Shown here: positions 21,408-29,137 of the stretch, piece after piece | How positions within the stretch are numbered: the stretch's first letter is position 1 | Layout of the letters: each line of letters opens with the position of its first letter | IMG/VR virus record: IMGVR_UViG_2061766007_000047 | Span: 1 to 64,000 of that record | Strand: one strand, 5' to 3' | DNA length: 64,000 bases | DNA from: a virus | Taxonomy: Duplodnaviria; Caudoviricetes | The notes under the pieces: generated by a model | The model's database searches: none | What the model saw: only the letters and a program-made list of their open reading frames with translations | Told to the model about the DNA's origin: nothing | Translations under genes and position numbers: made by a program

Positions 21408-21888
21408 CTTCGTTTTCTTCCTCTCCTAAAATATCTGCCCTTATGTCTTCAATAGCTTTGAAAACAGGTGCAAATTCTGTTAGATTTTCGTACTTCTGCA
21501 TAAAGGATTGCATTTCTCTATACGCTCGGCGTAAAATAATATCTTTTGTATCGGGATTAGAAAAAGCTGTTTCAGCATTGATAAAGCGACCTTTTCTCTC
21601 GGTATCAGACACGTTGTAGTACGCTCTGATTTTTCTAGGCTTCTGTTCCTTTTCAACCTCAATAGCAAGGTTGATTATCACGTTTGTTGCCTGTGTAAGC
21701 CTGTATTTATGCCCTGCTACAGCATCATCCCACTCAAAAAGTTCGTGCAATGGGGATTCTTCGGGTTCTGCATTCTGTAAAAGCAGTTCAGAAGTAACCT
21801 TCCCATATTCCTTTTCGATTTTTTCAAACTCATGTCCTACTGTTTCAGCAGGAACACTAAATTGGTACATTTTCCACGAATAAACCAT
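21391..21888 (-). CDS. Conserved phage protein (SPLHELFEWDD motif); candidate accessory of the array locus
   Basis: 165-aa ORF co-oriented downstream of the array. Confidence 0.7.
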   Translation of the reverse strand: MVYSWKMYQFSVPAETVGHEFEKIEKEYGKVTSELLLQNAEPEESPLHELFEWDDAVAGHKYRLTQATNVIINLAIEVEKEQKPRKIRAYYNVSDTERKGRFINAETAFSNPDTKDIILRRAYREMQSFMQKYENLTEFAPVFKAIEDIRADILGEEENEDGRTE

Positions 21889-21914
21889 CGTCCAATCTCC
21901 TTTCTTATTTCAGT

Positions 21915-22115
21915 TTATTTTGTGTAAAGCATCATTTTGGTTTTTCCAAGTAATGAGAATCCAATAACTTCTCTATCGCCATAATTCTTACGCACAACGT
22001 TTTTATCAGCTTCAATAAGAATGCTTGGTGAACTCATAAAACCTGTTTTATTTGCATCAACAACAGCAAACATAACACCTTGCATATCTAGCTTTGTAAA
22101 CTCCAAAACTGTCAT
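21915..22115 (-). CDS. Small hypothetical protein immediately downstream of the array
   Basis: AAGGAG RBS just after the last GGCAGTT anchor. Confidence 0.65.
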   Translation of the reverse strand: MTVLEFTKLDMQGVMFAVVDANKTGFMSSPSILIEADKNVVRKNYGDREVIGFSLLGKTKMMLYTK

Positions 22116-22134
22116 TTTTTCTCCTTTTTACCTC

Positions 22135-22820
22135 AACTGCCAAGCCAAGCCACAACGTAACTGACCTCGACTAAACCCGCCGTACCCAAACTGCCTTACC
22201 TTACGAGAACCCAACAAGCCTTACCACAACTTGCCTTAACGCGCCATAACTGCCACAACTCGACTAACCTCACGTAGCCAAACCTCAACTCAACTAACCT
22301 TAACTGCCAAACCGAACCAAACCGAACCGTAACAGAACATAACACAACGAACCTCAACTGCCACACCAAGCCTTATCTGACCCGACAATAACGCGCCGTT
22401 CCTTAACTAGCCATAACCCAACTGCCTTACCACAACGTACCTAACCTCACCTAGCCTAAACAGACCCGAACCCACCTTGACTCACCTCAACTGCCGAACC
22501 CAACGTAACCATACCAAAGCCCACCATAACGAACCATACCAAAACTGCCTTACCTAAACAAAGCTTAACTAAACGTACCCAAACGTACCTCACCATAACT
22601 GCCAAAACTAACCGCAACTTGCCCTAACTCAGCAGAACTCACCTCGCCTTGCAGTACCTTACCGCGCCTAACCACGACTAGCCTAACACTACCTTAACTG
22701 CCAAATCTTTAGGTTATGTGGGATGCAATAAGCACCCCACAACCTTCAAACGCACCATAACTGACCGCGACTCGACAGAACATACATGACCCGAACTTAC
22801 CGCACCTTACCTCAACTGCC
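22135..22820 (-). ncRNA. Putative guide-RNA array: 10 units of GGCAGTT anchor + alternating NN and GGY/GTY (VIPR-like)
   Basis: + strand AACTGCC at 22135, 22189, 22248, 22302, 22356, 22420, 22489, 22543, 22597, 22696, 22814; between them a strict 5-nt period, mostly NN-ACC/GCC/AAC/GAC; no ORF >=60 aa. Confidence 0.85.
22711..22745 (-). other. Stem-loop between array units I and II
   Basis: AGGUU-GUGGG-G-UGC(UUAUU)GCA-U-CCCAC-AU-AACCU; the G-U pair favours the minus-strand RNA. Confidence 0.75.
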
Positions 22821-22827
22821 AAACCAC

Positions 22828-23505
22828 TTAGTTATTGACCTCTTCACTTGACTCAATGTGATAACGCCCGAAAATACCGTCTTTTTCGGCTCTCCACTCG
22901 CCAAGACCGCATGAATAGCCACCTGCGTTGATTATGTTAAGTATCTGTTCAAGCGTTAATACTCCCGACTTGTTGTAACTTACAACGATATCCGCGTACC
23001 AATCCTTAAACTCTGCACGATAGCGTAAATCCGCAGTACCCATGCCGATTGTAACGTTGTCTTCACGTATTTCGGGAACACTACCCTTAATTTCAAACAA
23101 TTCTCCAAATTCACTCTCTATAAAATAAGCGCATCTAAGCATTGTCTGATTAGGAGTCCAACCAAGCCTGTATGCTGTAGAATTAGCACTCTGTTTAATT
23201 CCCGTCACAGGGAATCCCCACTTTGCACCATTTTTGACAGCCTGTTCAAAAGCTTTAGGATTTGATTCGGGCTTTGGAGTTAGCCAATACATAGAATTGA
23301 TAAATTCGTCGTAAGGGTCACGAACCTCCTTTGCCTTAGTTACTGTTGATGTTGCTTTAGTCTGCTTATCCAAAATCATCTTTTTGGATTTCTCCGACCA
23401 CGCATGAACAATCAGTGGGCTATCACCCTTAATCCGAATAGATACTTTCTGAATATCAAGTGGTCTGATTTCGATTACACTACCTTCTGTTTTCTTTGTT
23501 GCCAT
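22828..23505 (-). CDS. RAMP/Cas7-like RNA-binding protein (Vipr-like), putative effector of the adjacent array
   Basis: N-terminal strand IRIKGDSPLIVH, FPVTGIKQS, C-terminal Gly-rich loop GGYSCGLGEWRAEKDGIFGRY; array begins 7 nt after the stop. Confidence 0.7.
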   Translation of the reverse strand: MATKKTEGSVIEIRPLDIQKVSIRIKGDSPLIVHAWSEKSKKMILDKQTKATSTVTKAKEVRDPYDEFINSMYWLTPKPESNPKAFEQAVKNGAKWGFPVTGIKQSANSTAYRLGWTPNQTMLRCAYFIESEFGELFEIKGSVPEIREDNVTIGMGTADLRYRAEFKDWYADIVVSYNKSGVLTLEQILNIINAGGYSCGLGEWRAEKDGIFGRYHIESSEEVNN

Positions 23506-23583
23506 AATTTTTTCTCCTTTTCTAATTTGAAATAATGTGTTAGAATAGGAGTCGGAAAACGAGCGAAAAGTTATCCAACTCCG

Positions 23584-23616
23584 AAAAGCGGTTAAGGTGC
23601 AGACTTGACCGCTTTT
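23584..23616. terminator. Terminator-like hairpin upstream of the RAMP-like gene
   Basis: AAAAGCGGTTAAG-GTGCAGA-CTTGACCGCTTTT. Confidence 0.7.
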
Positions 23617-23861
23617 TAGTTACCTTTCTTTCTTGTTTCAACATATGAAACCTGTTTGTTTGTCTGAATAATTGATTTGAGATAAACGTTTGTGTCAGTA
23701 CACTCCCTGCTCTCAAATGACAGACTTCCATCCGATGAAATACGGATAGTAAAGTCCACTTGATGTTTTGTGGCATCATCCAACAAAACGTATAGATTTT
23801 TCTTACATCCATCAAAAAGATATTCAATAATGCTTCTTGATAAAATTGGCTCTGTTTTCAT
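23616..23861 (-). CDS. Hypothetical protein
   Basis: 81 aa with GAGG RBS. Confidence 0.55.
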   Translation of the reverse strand: MKTEPILSRSIIEYLFDGCKKNLYVLLDDATKHQVDFTIRISSDGSLSFESRECTDTNVYLKSIIQTNKQVSYVETRKKGN

Positions 23862-23875
23862 GCAATCCTCTTATT

Positions 23876-24436
23876 TCACTTGTAATAACGCTGTCCGTAC
23901 AACTCGTACAAAAATTCCTTGTTTTGGCTATGCCAACTATTAGATGAATTACTTGATGCTTCAACCCATAAAGAACCTTTGCTCCAATCAATGCCACGTT
24001 CTACCATGGCAAGTGCCAAGTGCGACTCTAAATTAGGTTCTGCTTTAGCAAACTTTCCTTCCGATACCACAGTGAACTGCCCTTCTTGGTAAATCACTTC
24101 CTTGACAGTATTAGGAAAGTCTTCGCTTTTAAGTCGATTAACAAGAACCATCATTTCGTGATACTGACTTGCAGTACATCCACCTGCTTCACATTTAGCA
24201 AGTTTCATAAGCATCATGGCTTCTTCTTGCGTAAAGCTAATAGTTGTTTCATGTCGAATATCCTGCTTACAGGTATACAGCCTTGACAATTCTTCATCCG
24301 TCAGATATTTAATTGGCTCAGTATCAATTATTACTTGTGTTTCCTCTTCTACTTCTTCCTCTTCATCTCCTGTGGCTACCGCTAAACATCCCGCAACCAA
24401 CAGTACACATAAAACAATTCCGATAAACCTTTTCAT
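23876..24436 (-). CDS. Cell wall hydrolase (SleB/Hydrolase_2-like) with signal peptide
   Basis: LAKCEAGG, VLVNRLKSEDFPNTVKEVIYQEGQF; hydrophobic N-terminus. Confidence 0.85.
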   Translation of the reverse strand: MKRFIGIVLCVLLVAGCLAVATGDEEEEVEEETQVIIDTEPIKYLTDEELSRLYTCKQDIRHETTISFTQEEAMMLMKLAKCEAGGCTASQYHEMMVLVNRLKSEDFPNTVKEVIYQEGQFTVVSEGKFAKAEPNLESHLALAMVERGIDWSKGSLWVEASSNSSNSWHSQNKEFLYELYGQRYYK

Positions 24437-24441
24437 CTCCC

Positions 24442-24633
24442 CTAAATCCGCCTTATATTAACTGCTCTAACACCGCGAGTATCACGGACAATATCAAACG
24501 CAACCGATTCTCTGTAAGAACAATGCTGATGGTTCTTATCAATGTCTTTTCTCATAAAAAAGACCTGCTTATCTTGGCTTGAAATAAAACCGTACCCCTT
24601 TGCGGCATCGTAATGTTTAACTTTTCCTACCAT
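24442..24633 (-). CDS. Cold-shock domain protein
   Basis: GKVKHYDAAKGYGFI..QVFF..RAVNIR. Confidence 0.85.
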   Translation of the reverse strand: MVGKVKHYDAAKGYGFISSQDKQVFFMRKDIDKNHQHCSYRESVAFDIVRDTRGVRAVNIRRI

Positions 24634-24656
24634 AATTTCCCCCTCTATTCAGTTTT

Positions 24657-24836
24657 TTACCCCTGTTTGTCTGAAACACCGAGAACGCTGTCCCGATAAA
24701 TCAGTAGTTTTTCATTCTGTGAAGCCCTTGGCATTGCCTTAAACACCCCTGTGGCAATCCGTTTCCTTACAGAATGAGGACTAAGCCCTGTGATTTCGCA
24801 CGTTTCTTTTACTGTAATGAACAACTTCCGTTCCAT
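24657..24836 (-). CDS. Excisionase-like winged HTH protein (59 aa, not in ORF track)
   Basis: MERKLFITVKETCEITGLSPHSVRKRIATGVF; follows the Cro-like gene. Confidence 0.7.
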   Translation of the reverse strand: MERKLFITVKETCEITGLSPHSVRKRIATGVFKAMPRASQNEKLLIYRDSVLGVSDKQG

Positions 24837-24837
24837 A

Positions 24838-25092
24838 TCAGCCCTCTTTTTTATCTAAGAACCTCATTGGGTCTACTTCTAAGAACTGACAAATTTCAAG
24901 TAGTTCATAATCACGCAAGTTCCGTGTTCTTTGGCTACTTGTCTTCTTACCCAAGCTGTTATACAAAGCATTGATAGGGATTCCTGTTGATTCAGAAACC
25001 TTAACAAGAGAAATTCCCTTTTCATCGATGTACTTAGCTAGGTTCTCTGTAACCGCACTAGGCGTTGCAAAATTCTCCGCTATTGCTCCCAT
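24838..25092 (-). CDS. Cro-like XRE HTH regulator
   Basis: GISLVKVSESTGIPINALYNSL...LEICQFLEVDP; first gene after a strong promoter. Confidence 0.8.
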   Translation of the reverse strand: MGAIAENFATPSAVTENLAKYIDEKGISLVKVSESTGIPINALYNSLGKKTSSQRTRNLRDYELLEICQFLEVDPMRFLDKKEG

Positions 25093-25112
25093 AGTTCTCC
25101 TTTCTCCACATT

Positions 25113-25198
25113 TTCTCCAACGTGGCGATTTACTTCATCATAGCACATTTTTGGAGAATGTCAAGCGAATTTAATCGCTTTTTCTTCAAATTGGAGAA
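25113..25198 (-). promoter_or_regulatory. Early lytic promoter TTGACA-N16-(TGC)TATGAT with operator-like TTCTCCAA/TTGGAGAA sites
   Basis: -35 at 25159-25164, -10 at 25137-25142; near-palindrome TTCTTCAAATTGGAGAA at 25182-25198 and half-sites at 25113 and 25151. Confidence 0.7.
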
Positions 25199-25562
25199 TT
25201 TCCTAACTCCTACAATCAGTATGCAGAAACCATGCAAAAAGCAAACAGAGATAAGATGGAGCGTCTTTATTTTGGACAAAATAAGATTTCAAAGTCAAAA
25301 TCAAACGAAGCATAACCTGTCATAATGTTATTTACTGAACGGAGATATTTGCGTCCACCCTTGCATTCACTTAATGAACGCAAATCAACACCTGTCAAAA
25401 TGTTAAATAATAGAAAATAACAAATAAAAAACCCACCGCCAATACAGGTAGTGGGCTTTTCCGCACTAAAAACAGAGCAGTTTATTTAGGAGAATTCAAT
25501 AGAACCCTCTCTCGCAGGACAATTATATCATAATTTCTTCACAAAAGAAAGGAGGCTCGTCT

Positions 25563-25640
25563 ATGAGAAAGCATCCCAAAAACAAGCCCATTGGATATGG
25601 ATATGTAAACATACCAAATCGTAAATCTATTATAACATAA
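25563..25640 (+). CDS. 25-aa peptide ORF
   Basis: AAAGGAGG RBS; MRKHPKNKPIGYGYVNIPNRKSIIT. Confidence 0.4.
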   Translation: MRKHPKNKPIGYGYVNIPNRKSIIT

Positions 25641-25768
25641 ATTTAAGACCTGTCAAATAACATACAAAAAGCGTATGTCCTTACCCTTAACATACGCTTC
25701 GTATACCCGATATGAACATATCGAAATTATCGGGGATAACTTGAATCATTGAAATAAATCGAAATTCA

Positions 25769-26109
25769 TTTCTAATCAACAGTTACCGTTCATATCGGAT
25801 GAAGATAGAATAACATAAAAACAGATTAGAAACAAGATTAGAAATTTAAAAAAATAGGTTAATTTACATCAACAAAAAGAAAAGACTTAACCACACAAAC
25901 CTGCATGGTTAAGCCTTTATTTCTGTACTGACTCCGACGAGAATCGAACTCGTGTTACCGCCGTGAAAGGGCGATAAAACGCTTGTCAACGTGTTACAGT
26001 TTATTACAGTTTGTTATAACTGTCAAGGGTTTTAATTGATGTTTTGTATTTTTTGTTACACTCTGTTACACACAATAATATGGGCTTAGATTAGAAAAAG
26101 GATTAGAAA
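25769..26109. other. attP-like site: tRNA-Glu 3' half as core with GATTAGAAA arm-type repeats
   Basis: Core 25929-25973; GATTAGAAA pairs with 12-bp period at 25824/25836 and 26089/26101, inverted copy at 25769. Confidence 0.75.
25929..25973 (-). tRNA. 3' fragment of tRNA-Glu(TTC), not a full tRNA
   Basis: CGCCCTTTCACGGCGGTAACACGAGTTCGATTCTCGTCGGAGTCA = anticodon arm, T arm and 3' acceptor strand; no D arm or 5' acceptor strand upstream; hairpin at 25881-25918 downstream. Confidence 0.85.
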
Positions 26110-26360
26110 ATCTTTGGCAACTCAATTTTCTCAATTTCTGCCCTATCACCCAAAACATCAAGATAAACTTCCATACCCTTAATCTGTAAATCGTAAAGAC
26201 TTCTCGGACAAGTGGGTGTGAAATCAAGTTCGTTGTTATCCCACTTATCAAGCATAGTCTTAAGCTTATTGTATCTGATTTTAAGTTGACAGTATTCAGC
26301 TATGAATCTATCCTTGTAATCCTCACTTACCATTCTTGCGTAAGTATCTCTTAATTCCAT
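26103..26360 (-). CDS. Conserved phage coiled-coil protein
   Basis: MVSEDYKDRFIAEYCQLKIRYNKL...QIKGMEVYLDVL. Confidence 0.7.
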   Translation of the reverse strand: MELRDTYARMVSEDYKDRFIAEYCQLKIRYNKLKTMLDKWDNNELDFTPTCPRSLYDLQIKGMEVYLDVLGDRAEIEKIELPKIF

Positions 26361-26370
26361 AAAACCTCCT

Positions 26371-26664
26371 TCAAATGCTAGTCAAAAACAACAACGCTAT
26401 ACTTGTAAGCGTATAGAACAAAATTAACATAAACACAAAGCAAATCAGAAACGCTAACACATCATTTTTGTTAGGATGTAATACCCTACGCCACATATTA
26501 GGCTTCTTTGGTAGCTTTTGAATCAGTTCTTGTCTTTGTCCCTGCGTTAGCCTTTCAATATACGACAAGTCATAACCATGTCGGAAAAGCGTCATTACAT
26601 CTTCCACACCCTGTTCATAGCCATCGTCATACCCACTCGACAATGTAACCATCTCATTTTTCAT
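26371..26664 (-). CDS. Membrane protein
   Basis: C-terminal hydrophobic segment. Confidence 0.5.
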   Translation of the reverse strand: MKNEMVTLSSGYDDGYEQGVEDVMTLFRHGYDLSYIERLTQGQRQELIQKLPKKPNMWRRVLHPNKNDVLAFLICFVFMLILFYTLTSIALLFLTSI

Positions 26665-26788
26665 ACTTTTCTCCGTTATTTCATCTAGTTTTAGGGATTA
26701 CAGACAAAAGCCAACCAATATCCTCGCTTTTAGCCCATGCTCCCTTACAAAGTAGTCTAACTAATGCCTTAAATTTCATGGTTTCTCC

Positions 26789-27082
26789 TTATACGATATG
26801 TATTCCATATTTTTTAGCGCAATCATGTTCTATAACGCATCCACGGGCTTCCTCCCAACCTTCACAGAAAAATGCGTAATCTGCCATGGATAACATCATA
26901 ATAGATTTACCAAGAAACCAAAGCGGAGTAGCATCTTTTGGCGCATCCTCAAAGAAAGAATCAAGGACTTTAATATCTTCCCCAAGATATTTTTTGCAAA
27001 GCTTTATTGCCTTATCTCTTTCCTTTACAATTTCCTCTTTAGTTTTTCCATTCATCGGTTGTGATATAAAGAGTTTTTTCAT
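26789..27082 (-). CDS. DUF4406-like (nucleoside deoxyribosyltransferase-fold) protein
   Basis: KLFISQPMNG...GWEEARGCVIEH. Confidence 0.75.
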   Translation of the reverse strand: MKKLFISQPMNGKTKEEIVKERDKAIKLCKKYLGEDIKVLDSFFEDAPKDATPLWFLGKSIMMLSMADYAFFCEGWEEARGCVIEHDCAKKYGIHIV

Positions 27083-27477
27083 CCATTTTCTCCTTCTTCC
27101 ACGGGTTCTTCAACGGATGGCGCAGGAGTATTTCTTCTCACATAATCAGCAACAGCAGAACGCCATCTTTCATTAACATCTTCAACCTTCCATGGCTCAT
27201 TAGTCTTTGCATTTATTGTTTTAGCTATAATAAGGTCGCCATAATAAGGAATGATGTTAGGGTCTTCCCAATAAGTATCATCCTGCGAATTGCATACACC
27301 GTTTTCACAAACAATCTTTGTCATAGCCCATCCGATTGTTTCACCAAGTACCTGTTGTCCCATGTACTGATATTGTGCTTTCTTTGCTTCATCATAGCTG
27401 TTAAATGCGGGTGGTTGCGGTCTATCTTCTCCACAAGCCACCTTATTGTATGCTACTTTAAACAAATAATATCTCAT
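27079..27477 (-). CDS. Hypothetical protein
   Basis: MRYYLFKVAYN after a GGAAGAGG RBS. Confidence 0.55.
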   Translation of the reverse strand: MRYYLFKVAYNKVACGEDRPQPPAFNSYDEAKKAQYQYMGQQVLGETIGWAMTKIVCENGVCNSQDDTYWEDPNIIPYYGDLIIAKTINAKTNEPWKVEDVNERWRSAVADYVRRNTPAPSVEEPVEEGENG

Positions 27478-27542
27478 ACCTCTTCCTCCTGTTTTCATAA
27501 ATTTCACGAAAAAATCTTGAAACATTTCATATTTTTCACGTT

Positions 27543-28805
27543 TTATTTGTTGGCATATTTATCAAAGTATTCCTGTCCATAACTTGCTCTATTAGCTTTC
27601 ACAGCATCAGATTGATTTTTAGGTCTTTCAAATTTAGTAAGAACAATATCAGATGCTTCACGTACTGAAAAAGCTGTTTTAAGGCGTTCTAAGACAATTT
27701 TGTAACTTGTTGACAGTTCTTTCCATAGGAAGTTTAGCTGTACTGTTAAATCCCCTATAGAATCGTTTCCTTTACTATTTAAAAGTCCCTGCTTTCTTCC
27801 ACTACTTGTCCATTGAGCCAACCCATAGCCACATTTGTCGGTTGCGAAGTTCTTATACATTCCGTTATCAACAGCCCTTGTGTAAGTTTCATCTGTAAGA
27901 TTCAGCTTCTTTTCACAACTGTTTTGCAAATTCTTTGGATTAAGACCACTCTCTGCCTTAAGATTTCCCATAAGTCCTGCCACACCATAAGGATTATTGA
28001 TTTTAGACATTAAATAGTCCCAAATAACTTTCTCGGTATTTTTCTCTTCCTTTGAAACAGGTTTTTTGGTCTTAAGGGCATAAAGAGTCTGACTCCCGAC
28101 CTCGCCATCGGCAACAAGCCCGTGGTCTTTCTGATAAAGCATAACCGCCAATTTCGTTTGCTTACCAAACTGCCCGTCAATGCTTAAATTAGCCCCATTA
28201 GCATTTAGTTCGTATTGAAGCCATTTTACAGACTCACCAATGCTTCCTTGCTTCATAAGGGTGGATGTAAGAGTGTATGGGTTTCCTTCTGCCTTAACAA
28301 CTACTACTGTGTGCTTTCCTTCTGCAATAAGGATATCCCCACGTTTCAACTTGTCGGGCTTCGTCACATAAAGTGGAGTGGTATAGATTTCAACCTCTCC
28401 TGTTGTTTTAAGGCTTTGTCTAAGAGTTCTTGTTGTGGCACAGTTACCATTAAGGGTTAATGCGCTTTCGGGTATTCCTGCATACATACAAGCCACGCTA
28501 ACTAAGGCTGAACAATCCGTATTCACAGGAACATTTACCTTAGACACGTTGTAATTATACTTACGGGCTTCATTTAAAAGCGTATTGCGGGTCTGCTGAC
28601 TATATCCGATATTGTCGTTCTTAGCCGCCATTTCCATGCAATCTGCAACCTTATTAGCCATTACAGGGTCAGTGAAACGAATCAGTACATTCCATGGTTT
28701 GCTATACCATTTCCTAGTACAAACCTCTTTCCCTGTTTGGTCGCCTTTTTGACCGCTTATTGTGCCATTTTCACTTTGACTTGCATGAGCAATAATTACA
28801 GCCAT
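27543..28805 (-). CDS. Endolysin: NlpC/amidase-like domain + peptidoglycan-binding domain + phage-tail-lysozyme domain
   Basis: GDQTGKEV, DCSALVS, HTVVV; DGQFG..T..AV..YQ..HGL.ADG.VG; GLMGNLKAESGL..GYGLAQWT. Confidence 0.85.
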   Translation of the reverse strand: MAVIIAHASQSENGTISGQKGDQTGKEVCTRKWYSKPWNVLIRFTDPVMANKVADCMEMAAKNDNIGYSQQTRNTLLNEARKYNYNVSKVNVPVNTDCSALVSVACMYAGIPESALTLNGNCATTRTLRQSLKTTGEVEIYTTPLYVTKPDKLKRGDILIAEGKHTVVVVKAEGNPYTLTSTLMKQGSIGESVKWLQYELNANGANLSIDGQFGKQTKLAVMLYQKDHGLVADGEVGSQTLYALKTKKPVSKEEKNTEKVIWDYLMSKINNPYGVAGLMGNLKAESGLNPKNLQNSCEKKLNLTDETYTRAVDNGMYKNFATDKCGYGLAQWTSSGRKQGLLNSKGNDSIGDLTVQLNFLWKELSTSYKIVLERLKTAFSVREASDIVLTKFERPKNQSDAVKANRASYGQEYFDKYANK

Positions 28806-28807
28806 TG

Positions 28808-29137
28808 TTAATCCCCCTTGTCAACTTCTGCCTTTATCTTCTCATACTCTCCTTCATCCATAGTTTCTATTTCAGATACAACAAGAGCATTACGCCCCGA
28901 TTCAAGATGCTCCAAAAGATTACCTTTAAATACTTCCTTGATTTCGGGGTGATTATCTAAGAATCTTCCTAAATCAATATCTTCACCATCTACTTCAAAG
29001 TCATAAACTTCCAAGTTATCAAAAAAACTATCAATGGCGTCTACAGCAATATCATATCCATCTAAAGTAGCCTTAGATTTTCCGACAAGATACTTCTCGT
29101 TATAGGCTTCATCTGTTCTCGCATTTGGCATATACAT
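28808..29137 (-). CDS. Hypothetical acidic protein
   Basis: 109-aa ORF between holin and lysin. Confidence 0.6.
   Translation of the reverse strand: MYMPNARTDEAYNEKYLVGKSKATLDGYDIAVDAIDSFFDNLEVYDFEVDGEDIDLGRFLDNHPEIKEVFKGNLLEHLESGRNALVVSEIETMDEGEYEKIKAEVDKGD

Noticed and set aside
22135-22820. CRISPR array or low-complexity coding repeat
   Set aside because: The constant part is only 7 nt and the intervening sequence is itself 5-periodic; no cas1/cas2; a period of 5 does not fit a codon repeat and no ORF >=60 aa spans it
24657-24836. Structured ncRNA (CATTCTGT/ACAGAATG and ATTGCC/GGCAAT stems)
   Set aside because: Fully explained by a 59-aa Xis-like ORF that fills the gap exactly
25929-25973. 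Functional tRNA-Glu gene
   Set aside because: D arm and 5' acceptor strand are missing; better explained as an att core
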